Shown: one piece after another, positions 16,754-24,258 of the stretch
Layout of the letters: the number at the start of each line of letters is the position of its first letter
Numbering within the stretch: the stretch's first letter is position 1
Program-made: the position numbers and the translations under genes
IMG/VR virus record: IMGVR_UViG_3300031519_000219
Coordinates: 1-24,258 of that record
Source: a virus
Lineage: Duplodnaviria > Caudoviricetes
Length of the DNA stretch: 24,258 nucleotides
Strand: one strand, 5' to 3'
The notes under the pieces: generated by a model
Database searches by the model: none
What the model was told of the DNA's origin: nothing
The model's input: the letters and a program-made list of their open reading frames with translations, nothing else

Positions 16754-18156
16754 TAGATTTCTTCGTCAAGGTCAACCATTGCGTCTTGTACGCCTATCTC
16801 TTCAGAGTATTCTTCCAGTGTTTTATCTCTATCGACTAGGCCATGTCTTTGCTGCCAGTTCAATAGATCACTCAAAGGAAGCGCACCTTGTAAGAACGAG
16901 GCAACCATTGCCGTAATATCTTGGGAGGTAGCATTAGGACGAATAAACTCTCTGTTGATAAGAAGTGTGGCTTCTTCATCCCCGCCCATAAACAGTTGTA
17001 CATAGCCTAGTGCTTGATTATAAGCCTCTGAGACATTGGACGATATTAGACTTAGAACACTATGCTGCGCCATTAACTCGCCATCTACTTGAGTTGCTGT
17101 CTTGGCTTGACCCGCTGGAGATAGAAACATAGCCCCTAGACCAATCATCATGTGAACTTTGTCCATCATTGCCTCTCTTGCAAGGCTATTCGGTTTAGCT
17201 TGAGCAAAGTCAAACTTCTCGCCAGATGGAACACCCATTAATGTACCAGAGCCAATAAACTGACCATTGTTTCTAAGGTCTTCAAGAGTATCGCCAGATA
17301 TGCCTGACATCCACGGTTGGACTTGGCCTATAACGAATACTGAATCTTCATAGATTGCTGAGTTGTTGTAATGTCCCACGTTAATCTTAGCTAGGTCGTA
17401 CATAGGAGCAAAATCAACTCGCGCAGTATTAGCCTCTGAGCCAACAAATACGAAAGGAATGCTTGTCAGTCTTTGACCTTTACTATCGAGCGGTACAGCT
17501 TCGCTATAAATATAATATTTATCTGTGTCTTTGTTTAGCCGCCATTCTCTCTGGAAATAACCGTCATTCTCTAATCGCAGCTCAATGAATATAGGGACTT
17601 CATTAAAACCAAAGCCGTCTTCATGTAATTCTTGTTCTACTGAAGACAAAACAATTAGTACAGGCTTGATTTTTGAGCCTATCTTCCTAACCTGCCAGTT
17701 CACTATCTGCTCTGCTGAGAACCGCGTAACCGTTGCGGCAGTCTCGTTATTAACCATCTCTTGTCTTGAGACATCGCCATCAACGCTTGGGAAGTCTATT
17801 AATAATCCTGCTCTTCCAACCCTTACAACATCCTTGAATACTTCTTGAGCCTGTTGATAGATAGATATTCCTGCTCCATCAATATCGTATCTGATGTAAT
17901 CTAAATCATCTGGGACTATACACTTGGCTGGCTCACTAAAAGCCTTTCCCAGAAACCCTTGTGCTGTATACCCAGCAATCGCATAAAAAACACTTCTATG
18001 AAAGAATTGCTTCCTGCGCTGAACAGCAGACATCGAGGCATCATGCGGGTTTATTTTGACTAGATATTTTGAGAGATTCTTGGCTTCGCAGATGTCATCT
18101 ACAAGCTGCCATTTTGGGATATTCAATTTATATTTGGGGTGTTCGAAGTTAATCAT
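16753..18156 (-). CDS. Portal protein (DUF4055 type)
   Basis: IDGAG, GRAGLLIDFP, IVNW, IPFVFVGS, P.YDLAKINVGHYNNSA motifs. Start placed at ATG 18156, which overlaps the TerL stop (ATGA), rather than 18204. Confidence 0.88.
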   Translation of the reverse strand: MINFEHPKYKLNIPKWQLVDDICEAKNLSKYLVKINPHDASMSAVQRRKQFFHRSVFYAIAGYTAQGFLGKAFSEPAKCIVPDDLDYIRYDIDGAGISIYQQAQEVFKDVVRVGRAGLLIDFPSVDGDVSRQEMVNNETAATVTRFSAEQIVNWQVRKIGSKIKPVLIVLSSVEQELHEDGFGFNEVPIFIELRLENDGYFQREWRLNKDTDKYYIYSEAVPLDSKGQRLTSIPFVFVGSEANTARVDFAPMYDLAKINVGHYNNSAIYEDSVFVIGQVQPWMSGISGDTLEDLRNNGQFIGSGTLMGVPSGEKFDFAQAKPNSLAREAMMDKVHMMIGLGAMFLSPAGQAKTATQVDGELMAQHSVLSLISSNVSEAYNQALGYVQLFMGGDEEATLLINREFIRPNATSQDITAMVASFLQGALPLSDLLNWQQRHGLVDRDKTLEEYSEEIGVQDAMVDLDEEI

Positions 18157-19397
18157 AGCGACATACCTATATTCGTAACCACGACAGGTCTGCCCAGCGA
18201 CCATTTGCGGTTGATAAAATAACCCGCCGCATCGACCCAGTCATCTATTGCAGGATGTTCACTGAACTTTTCGGGTACGCCCTTCATATAACCTTGCGAT
18301 TCTAGCGCATCAGTTAAGTGTGGGCAGGTATCCGTATTAATTAGCCATCTATCGTGCGATAGCAATCCGTTAACTGCATTAATCCGGTCTCTGACCATTG
18401 GATTAGCATTAGGACAGTCAACAGAATAACCGTGAGCGCGTATTATATCAATATCTGAACCAGTAGCGTTAGTGCTACCAGACTTCCCACTAGCGTCAGG
18501 ATAAACTATTATTTTCCTGCCTGCCCTCTCATACTTAGAAAGTCTTGAACAAAAGTCTCTAGTGTCGTGGCTAATAAACTCGTCAACTGTAATTGGATTC
18601 TTGCCGTCTATTACACTAACTATCGAACAGCAGCCGCCAATATTGAAATCAATACCAACGTATACATATCTATCATTGTCAGTAAGTATGCGGTCTGTGT
18701 GGTGTTTCTCTCTAGCAAAGAAGTGATAGACCTTGTTAACGGATAGGCTAACGAACTCCCCTTTTAAGAATAGATCGGCTAGAACTGGGTCGTAGTTATC
18801 TCTTATCTGTTGAATATAACCTTCTGGCAAGAAAGGATTAGATTCTGTAGGGGATTTTATTACAGTATAGCCATCTTGTAATGACTTGACCCATTTCTGA
18901 TATACAAACCCGCTATATCCTTGGTCTGGCGTAGTCACACAGCCGATAGTATTCCCAGCAGGGTTAGTACACTTCTGTCGGTTTCTTTCACTAATCTTTC
19001 TCCAAACTAATGCAGCCTTATCTTTAGGAAGTGTATCCAGCTCATCAACTATCGAGTGCGCTACCTCATAGGCCACAATTCGTTCAGGTCTATCGTATGA
19101 TCTAAGTATCATTGTCCCATAGCCTTGAATCTCTACAGTGTATTCAGAGCGGTTAGTTTTATAGCCTATACCTAGTTTTTCTAATTCTTCTTCAACTCCT
19201 GACAGTGCGCGTAATCTGAGAAGGTCATAGGTAGGCATATAGTATGCGCCATTGATGCTTGGGTCAGACATCATCAGGCATAGTAATCTATAAATGCCAG
19301 CCATAGTCTTACCGCTACCAAGTCCACCAACTAGAGCAGGGTATTTAGATTCAGAGCATACAAACTCTTCTTGGGGTTCAGTCAGGCTTAACAGCAC
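18153..19397 (-). CDS. terL: Terminase large subunit
   Basis: Walker A GGLGSGKT, Walker B SIVDELD, motif III TTP, nuclease GIDFN, YPDASG and DDWVDAAGY. Confidence 0.95.
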   Translation of the reverse strand: MLLSLTEPQEEFVCSESKYPALVGGLGSGKTMAGIYRLLCLMMSDPSINGAYYMPTYDLLRLRALSGVEEELEKLGIGYKTNRSEYTVEIQGYGTMILRSYDRPERIVAYEVAHSIVDELDTLPKDKAALVWRKISERNRQKCTNPAGNTIGCVTTPDQGYSGFVYQKWVKSLQDGYTVIKSPTESNPFLPEGYIQQIRDNYDPVLADLFLKGEFVSLSVNKVYHFFAREKHHTDRILTDNDRYVYVGIDFNIGGCCSIVSVIDGKNPITVDEFISHDTRDFCSRLSKYERAGRKIIVYPDASGKSGSTNATGSDIDIIRAHGYSVDCPNANPMVRDRINAVNGLLSHDRWLINTDTCPHLTDALESQGYMKGVPEKFSEHPAIDDWVDAAGYFINRKWSLGRPVVVTNIGMSL

Positions 19398-19752
19398 GAA
19401 TGATCTGTATTACGTTATCTGTCGTTGTAGATATGGTCGTTGTATCTTGCTCTTTCCATCCTGCCTGAGTCTTTAGATAGAATATTGCCGCAGTTGTATT
19501 ACCATTTTGTGCTTGATTGACCAGATTACCCGCAACACTAGCAATAGCCTTGCTTTTTCCTTTTTTATAAGCGTCAGAAACCTCTGACTGTCTTTCTTCA
19601 ATAGCTCGAAAGGTAGTCTCAGATATTCCAAAGTAATCAGATAACTGAGCTTTAGTTAAAACTGATGCAAGTTTTCCAACCATAATAATTTGATCTTTAT
19701 CAAACTCAACTATAGGTCTGCCGCCGCCTTCACCTTGATTGCCCACTTTCAT
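19378..19752 (-). CDS. terS: Terminase small subunit
   Basis: GGRP start, HTH (TKAQLSDYFGISETTF), AYKKGK and GNTTAAIFYLKTQAGWKE; overlaps the TerL start. Confidence 0.88.
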   Translation of the reverse strand: MKVGNQGEGGGRPIVEFDKDQIIMVGKLASVLTKAQLSDYFGISETTFRAIEERQSEVSDAYKKGKSKAIASVAGNLVNQAQNGNTTAAIFYLKTQAGWKEQDTTTISTTTDNVIQIIRAVKPD

Positions 19753-20690
19753 TGACTATCCTTATTGCTTTCGCAAGCATTCTCAAAAAATAAAACTATA
19801 TCTTTTTCAAGATTTAATGTTTGGTTTATAGCGTCAATTTTCCACTTCATTTGCAAACTCATCAATTCTTCATAGTTATCAGCAGAATAATTGTTTAAAT
19901 CCTCATTACAAGAAACAATAAAAGGTTCATAGCCAATAAGGCCTGCCTTTTTTATATTTGACAAACAGTTTATGTCAAACAGAGTTACTACATTACTTCC
20001 AATATTTTCGTAGAATCTATTTGATAAATTATTAAATCTTGTATGAGTTGAAACATCCTCAATATATAAGCTAAATCTAAAAAGACTTAAATCACCTCTG
20101 CTAATGTCCAATTCTTTGATTAACGGTGAAGTACTGCCATCTTTTTTAAATTCAATAGAGTTTTTATTCTTACAAGAAAGATAAATATTCTTTTTTAAAT
20201 ATATACCATGATATTTTTTCCTATCTGGTCTATGAGTCCCAAAGTAAATATGGTCATACTTTTTTTCCTTAACAGTTTGAAACTCATTGAAAAGTATAAG
20301 ATTTAAATTTTTTGTTACCTTGTTTTTGACAGATTTAAATTTATTAATAAAATCATAATTGGCTAAAATATAAGAAGGTCTTTCCTTTAATTGATTATTA
20401 AAAAAAGAGTTTGGAACTACATCGTATTCGTTGGCAATCCATATATAAGGTGAATTATTGTTAAAAAACAATGCTTTTAATTTTTTATGAGGTCTAAAAA
20501 AAGCAGAGCCGTAATGTGATACTAAAAGGTCATACTTAACGCTAGGATTGATTCTTTCTTGAGTATTAGAGTAAAAAATATCAACTTTATGTCCTTTGTC
20601 TTCTAAGACTTTATTAATCCATATAGCGTTTTTTATATAAGCAGATATGGTATTTCCCGTAGGATGTGGTATTTGACAAAAAATTCTCAT
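19749..20690 (-). CDS. GT-B glycosyltransferase resembling T4 DNA beta-glucosyltransferase
   Basis: Motifs NAIWINKVLEDKGHKVDIF, YDLLV, IWIANE, KYDHIYFGTHRPDR, SLYIED, NRFYENIGSNVVTLFD, FIVSCNEDL and ELMSLQ occur in the order of the equivalent T4 BGT segments (recalled from memory); very AT-rich. Confidence 0.65.
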   Translation of the reverse strand: MRIFCQIPHPTGNTISAYIKNAIWINKVLEDKGHKVDIFYSNTQERINPSVKYDLLVSHYGSAFFRPHKKLKALFFNNNSPYIWIANEYDVVPNSFFNNQLKERPSYILANYDFINKFKSVKNKVTKNLNLILFNEFQTVKEKKYDHIYFGTHRPDRKKYHGIYLKKNIYLSCKNKNSIEFKKDGSTSPLIKELDISRGDLSLFRFSLYIEDVSTHTRFNNLSNRFYENIGSNVVTLFDINCLSNIKKAGLIGYEPFIVSCNEDLNNYSADNYEELMSLQMKWKIDAINQTLNLEKDIVLFFENACESNKDSQ

Positions 20691-21253
20691 CTCTTAACCA
20701 TTAGTTTTTCAAAGTCTTTATAGAAAATTTCGTTTTTTTGTAAACGCAAAAAGCCCTGAAGTTGCTCCATTTCCTCAATAGTTTCGCATTTAATTAAAAA
20801 GTTTTGATTTTCTTTGTATGTTTCCTCTGTAATATCTATATCAAGGTCATCATCACTGTTAAGCATATAGGCCAATTCATCAACATTAAATCCTATCAAA
20901 CTTATATCAAAATCTAGCATTTGCAGGGTTTCTATCTCCTGCTTTAACATATTTTCGTTCCATGCAGCATTTAGTGCTAGTTGGTTATCGGCTATAATAT
21001 AAGCCTGCCTTTGAATTTCTGTTAAGCCTTTGAGAGTAATAGTAGGGACTTCATCTATACCTAGAATTTTGGCAGCTTCAGTACGCCCGTGACCAGCTAT
21101 AATCATGCCCTTTTCATCAATTAAGACAGGGTTAGTGAAGCCGAATTCAACTATAGATGCTGTGATTTGATGAATCTGCGCCTCTGAATGAGTGCGCGAA
21201 TTGTTGATATACGGAATTAGATTGTCCGTAGCAATGTATTGTATCTCTAACAT
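20687..21253 (-). CDS. ParB/Srx N-terminal domain protein, no fused methyltransferase
   Basis: LIPYINNSRTHS..QI.QI.ASI.EFGFTNPVLID...IIAGHGR...AYIIADN.LALNAAW. ATG 21253 preferred over GTG 21259 because AGGGGTG serves as its RBS. Confidence 0.9.
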   Translation of the reverse strand: MLEIQYIATDNLIPYINNSRTHSEAQIHQITASIVEFGFTNPVLIDEKGMIIAGHGRTEAAKILGIDEVPTITLKGLTEIQRQAYIIADNQLALNAAWNENMLKQEIETLQMLDFDISLIGFNVDELAYMLNSDDDLDIDITEETYKENQNFLIKCETIEEMEQLQGFLRLQKNEIFYKDFEKLMVKR

Positions 21254-21255
21254 AA

Positions 21256-21303
21256 TCACCCCTAGTGATCTGGTTTAGCCTCTGGCTAGGGGTGAGTGTA
21301 CCA
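21256..21303 (-). promoter_or_regulatory. Extended -10 promoter plus RBS-sequestering 10-bp inverted repeat
   Basis: TG-G-TACACT at 21303-21295; perfect inverted repeat TCACCCCTAG/CTAGGGGTGA at 21256-21265 and 21286-21295. Confidence 0.55.
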
Positions 21304-21325
21304 ATGTTGATTTTAGAATACTATC

Positions 21326-21691
21326 CTAGTGATATTGGCTTTTAAAAAAATCGAGGTATTTAGAGACATCATCGACAGGCAACTCTTGTGTCTGATTATG
21401 ATAGGATTTTCTTCTAGTTCTAGTCTGAAAGAAACTTTTATGTTCTGGATGTCTCTCCATAAACAACCGAGCATAGTGTGAAATCCACCCATCATCTATC
21501 TTGTAATCATCATCTGTACCCGTCATTGCTGTCTCCCAGCGAATTCTATGAAAAATACATTTAGCTGAAAAATAGGATTTTTTACTCGCTATTTGTAAAG
21601 CAAAGTGTTCAAACATTTCATAAATTTTTGGATTGTCAAAATGATATATCTTAAAATTTTCTTGTGTCCACTTCCCTTCTGGCTTGCTCAT
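21326..21691 (-). CDS. Conserved phage hypothetical protein (possible DNA-binding)
   Basis: NPKIYEMFEHFA...SAKCIFHRIRWET...YKIDDGWISHYARLF...FF; AAAGGGT RBS. Confidence 0.7.
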   Translation of the reverse strand: MSKPEGKWTQENFKIYHFDNPKIYEMFEHFALQIASKKSYFSAKCIFHRIRWETAMTGTDDDYKIDDGWISHYARLFMERHPEHKSFFQTRTRRKSYHNQTQELPVDDVSKYLDFFKSQYH

Positions 21692-21703
21692 AATTATTAC
21701 CCT

Positions 21704-22105
21704 TTAGTTTGAATAGAATATGTGTCTACCTATCTTGCGCGTAACATCTAGCCCTGCTGACCAATACGGTTGTACATCATCACGATGATAGAATACTGCC
21801 CCATCTGTAACATCAAATAATCTAATACTGGCCAACATAGCGATTGATAAGGCCACGCTATAAGCCTCTTGGTCATTAATCGTCTCTAGTTTGCCATCGC
21901 ACCAATAGCTGAAATGACATTGGTTCCTGATGGGATGATCACCGATATACCTTGCTTGCTTTGTAACTTCGCAGGAGGTTGAAGGGAACTTGTCAGACTC
22001 AACTCTATTGATAATCGTATTAGCTACCGCAAGCTGCCCTTCTAAGGGCTCAGACCGAGCCTCAAAGTAGACAGCCATAGCTAGACAAGTTAGTGAAGCA
22101 ATCAT
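21704..22105 (-). CDS. Cell wall hydrolase, SleB/Hydrolase_2 family
   Basis: CLAMAVYFEARSEPLEGQLAVANTIINRV...CHFSYWCDGK...GAVFYH...IGRHIFY; catalytic Glu in EAR. Confidence 0.92.
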   Translation of the reverse strand: MIASLTCLAMAVYFEARSEPLEGQLAVANTIINRVESDKFPSTSCEVTKQARYIGDHPIRNQCHFSYWCDGKLETINDQEAYSVALSIAMLASIRLFDVTDGAVFYHRDDVQPYWSAGLDVTRKIGRHIFYSN

Positions 22106-22416
22106 AAGCAGTGGTGAGCGTCTAAGATTGAGGATTCATATCCCATGATAGTCTCATAGGACACTGCTCTGAGCTTTCTTAGAATAAACATTTGCATGGC
22201 CGCTGCTGTAGTTATCCAGTTATTTTCAGCAAGATTAAACATATAATGGTCAAGCGTACCAATATCATCTCCTATAGCTACCTCCAATAAATCGGGTTGA
22301 ATCGTTTTAAGATGTTTCCAAACCATATCTAATATTAAGGCAGTTGGTTCAACCTTCTCGTCTTTAATTAGCTCTGGCATATTATCAAGCAATATCTTAG
22401 TTATTTCTGCGCTCAT
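22102..22416 (-). CDS. Hypothetical protein
   Basis: 104 aa; GGGGAG RBS; ATGA overlaps at both ends. Confidence 0.7.
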   Translation of the reverse strand: MSAEITKILLDNMPELIKDEKVEPTALILDMVWKHLKTIQPDLLEVAIGDDIGTLDHYMFNLAENNWITTAAAMQMFILRKLRAVSYETIMGYESSILDAHHCL

Positions 22417-22583
22417 TGGTCTTGCTCCCCTTTTAAAAAAGAATTTACGGTAAAAACATTTCCTTTATCGTCTGTAAATCTATATTTTGTAACTGTAAAT
22501 GGTCTGCCGACCGCCTCAAGAACTTCAGTAGTGATTTCTACTTCTTTAATGTCGTGAATATTCAGGCTGTTCATTGTCTTCAT
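22413..22583 (-). CDS. Hypothetical protein, 56 aa (not in ORF track)
   Basis: MKTMNSLNIHDIKEVEITTEVLEAVGRPFTVTKYRFTDDKGNVFTVNSFLKGEQDQ*; GAGGAG RBS; ATGA overlaps at both ends. Confidence 0.7.
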   Translation of the reverse strand: MKTMNSLNIHDIKEVEITTEVLEAVGRPFTVTKYRFTDDKGNVFTVNSFLKGEQDQ

Positions 22584-22595
22584 TGGTCTTGCTCC
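22413..22595. repeat. 16-bp direct repeat at consecutive gene junctions
   Basis: TCATTGGTCTTGCTCC at 22413-22428 and 22580-22595 (minus strand GGAGCAAGACCAATGA). Confidence 0.9.
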
Positions 22596-22729
22596 TCAAT
22601 CTGCTTTATTTCCACCTTCATTTCAGGCCATTTCTCTTCTGATTTTTGCTTAAATCGTTCAGCCTCTTCTTTTGTATCGCAGAGCGGGTAACACCCATGT
22701 TCGTTGTAGAATAGCTGGTATTTTGTCAT
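22580..22729 (-). CDS. Hypothetical protein, 49 aa (not in ORF track)
   Basis: MTKYQLFYNEHGCYPLCDTKEEAERFKQKSEEKWPEMKVEIKQIEEQDQ*; starts 1 nt after the upstream stop; AAGGGGTG RBS. Confidence 0.7.
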   Translation of the reverse strand: MTKYQLFYNEHGCYPLCDTKEEAERFKQKSEEKWPEMKVEIKQIEEQDQ

Positions 22730-22730
22730 C

Positions 22731-22913
22731 TTATTTGCACCCCTTTTCATAGGTATTTTTATAGTCAGGCCATCCTATATCGCCATTTGATTGCTTGTGA
22801 AGATTAACCATCTCGCAATAGTTCTGATCTGCATCCCGCTCTAGCTCTGAATCATTGGCTGATACCAGTAGAATTGAGCCTAGTAAAAATAAGGTGATTA
22901 ATAGAGGCTTCAT
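22731..22913 (-). CDS. Small exported or membrane-anchored protein
   Basis: Signal-peptide-like MKPLLITLFLLGSILLVSA; YCEMV...GWPDY...C with two Cys. Confidence 0.7.
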   Translation of the reverse strand: MKPLLITLFLLGSILLVSANDSELERDADQNYCEMVNLHKQSNGDIGWPDYKNTYEKGCK

Positions 22914-23305
22914 GCTAGAGCCTCCGCAGCATCGATATTGCTCATGATGAATTCATTTAGACTTCCAGAGAATATTTCTTTCCAATATGTGGTGAATCCC
23001 TCGCCATCTCCCAACGAAACGTGTCTTGAATGGCAGATGATATCGGCTAACCCGTAACCAGTGCTGGTAATAGAGTAACGATAGTCTGTATCTCCATGCG
23101 TACTATGACAGCGGGTAATCTCTGCTCTTTTATTGGCAGCTATGAATGACTCTAGTAATGGACGCTTGTCCCTAGATGATAGGTGCTTGGCGTTGCTTAG
23201 ATACTGTGCTGCTCCTGATGGATAGCCATCGTGATGAATATAGATGCAGACATCTTCGCCTGCCATTGATGTGTTGCTGAATAGATAAGTTGCTCTTGTA
23301 CTCAT
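22910..23305 (-). CDS. Conserved phage hypothetical protein (MSTR...HxDGYP family)
   Basis: MSTRATY...IYIHHDGYPSGAA...HGDTDYRY; AAGGGG RBS. Confidence 0.75.
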   Translation of the reverse strand: MSTRATYLFSNTSMAGEDVCIYIHHDGYPSGAAQYLSNAKHLSSRDKRPLLESFIAANKRAEITRCHSTHGDTDYRYSITSTGYGLADIICHSRHVSLGDGEGFTTYWKEIFSGSLNEFIMSNIDAAEALA

Positions 23306-23316
23306 GTGATTTCCCC

Positions 23317-23523
23317 TTATGTAACTTTATGAATTAAGCCATCTTTCATAGTGACTTCAGCAAAGAATTCTCTGCCTTGACCAGTGATATGAGGACGATT
23401 AGCTCCGACTAAATAGCCATTTGCTTTGTATTCTTCTCCAAATAAACTGGTTTCTATGAAGTTCAATTGAGAACCAATGTTTTCTTTTAAGACTTTCTTG
23501 CTTGGGTAATTAAAAATAATCAT
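23317..23523 (-). CDS. Conserved small phage hypothetical protein
   Basis: YPSKKVLKENIG..L.FIETSLFG.EY...REFFAEVTMKDGLI.KV; AAGGGG RBS. Confidence 0.75.
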   Translation of the reverse strand: MIIFNYPSKKVLKENIGSQLNFIETSLFGEEYKANGYLVGANRPHITGQGREFFAEVTMKDGLIHKVT

Positions 23524-23577
23524 TTGCTGCCCCTTTTATTTATTAAATTTTAATTTTGTAAACTTATTTTATAATTA

Positions 23578-23889
23578 TTACAGTTTATTATCAATTAGTT
23601 CATCAAAGTTTAATATCTTGACGATGGGTGCTTCTGACCATCCGCACTCTACTCTTGCCCCTGTATCTTCTACCACTCCAGCAGATACGAGAGCCTCTAG
23701 CATTCCCTCGTTCTCTGTCCATACTTTGATAGCTGTCTCATCTTCTTTGAGGTCTATGTTGCAGCAAGTAGAGGCTTTAGCTATTAACTCCCCGTCCTCT
23801 CTGTCTATAAGCACTAGAGCAGCTTGTCCGTTGACGTATCTAGTAACCTGCACGTTGCAATCCCAATCCTTATATCTCATGGCTTTCAT
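23578..23889 (-). CDS. Hypothetical protein, possibly DUF4313-like
   Basis: Y.NGQAALVLID..DGE...ENEGMLEALV.AGVVEDTG...GW; GGAGG RBS. Confidence 0.65.
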   Translation of the reverse strand: MKAMRYKDWDCNVQVTRYVNGQAALVLIDREDGELIAKASTCCNIDLKEDETAIKVWTENEGMLEALVSAGVVEDTGARVECGWSEAPIVKILNFDELIDNKL

Positions 23890-24245
23890 TTCGCCTCCTC
23901 CGCTTCAACTATGTAATCGGTAACTAGCACCCTGATAACTCTGCCAAGCTGGCTATCAGCAGAATGTGATACGAACCCGTTAACTGCATCTGAACTGCTA
24001 CACTTAACCGCTTCTAGCAAAGCCTCTGTAAATATATCTCGGTGGTAAGTGCTATCGAATAGAAGTGCTTCTCCACTAATAGCTTCATGCAGCACATCGC
24101 TATTATTTTCAATCTTTCCAACTACCAGCTCTTCAATCTGCATTCTTATATTGTCTTCATTGATTTCCATGTCTCTATCCCTTTTCTCTTGTTCAAGTTC
24201 ATAAGCATTTAGTGCTGCGGTATTTCCATCTAAGTTGTCGTTCAT
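23886..24245 (-). CDS. Hypothetical acidic protein
   Basis: 119 aa; AAGGGG RBS at the window end; ATGA overlap with the next gene. Confidence 0.7.
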   Translation of the reverse strand: MNDNLDGNTAALNAYELEQEKRDRDMEINEDNIRMQIEELVVGKIENNSDVLHEAISGEALLFDSTYHRDIFTEALLEAVKCSSSDAVNGFVSHSADSQLGRVIRVLVTDYIVEAEEAK

Positions 24246-24258
24246 TTTGCTTCCCCTT

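Noticed and set aside
18157-18204. N-terminal extension of the portal ORF
   Set aside because: Lies inside the TerL 3' end; the ATGA-coupled start at 18156 is more plausible.
10856-19476. Other plus-strand ORFs opposite head and tail genes
   Set aside because: All overlap confident minus-strand structural genes and lack motifs or start signals.
21313-21495. 60-aa alternative-frame ORF
   Set aside because: Overlaps the better-supported 121-aa gene and has no RBS.
23538-23577. Very AT-rich intergenic stretch as a promoter or origin
   Set aside because: TTTACA is present on the minus strand but has no properly spaced -10, and there are no iterons.

Overview
The window is a 24 kb piece of a tailed dsDNA phage genome (siphovirus-type; the gene families suggest a marine phage), with every credible gene on the minus strand. 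In transcription order (right to left): small early/middle genes and a SleB-type cell-wall hydrolase; a ParB-N protein, an AT-rich GT-B glycosyltransferase and the terminase small and large subunits; portal, minor head protein, scaffold and P22-like coat; two very basic small proteins; head-tail connectors, tail tube, G/GT chaperones, tape measure, a tail-tip protein and a 1267-aa fibre; then several membrane proteins, a holin and a lysozyme. The most notable element is a ParB-N + T4 beta-glucosyltransferase-like cassette translationally coupled to the terminase genes, suggesting packaging-linked DNA glycosylation. Other highlights: a cupredoxin-like domain (H...CxxHxxM) inserted in the fibre, a non-canonical -1 frameshift site in the tail chaperone, a late promoter with tandem palindromic operators, an RBS-occluding hairpin before the packaging operon, an unannotated 12-aa Lys-rich peptide and 16-bp gene-junction repeats. 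All family assignments come from motif recognition by eye; no searches were run.
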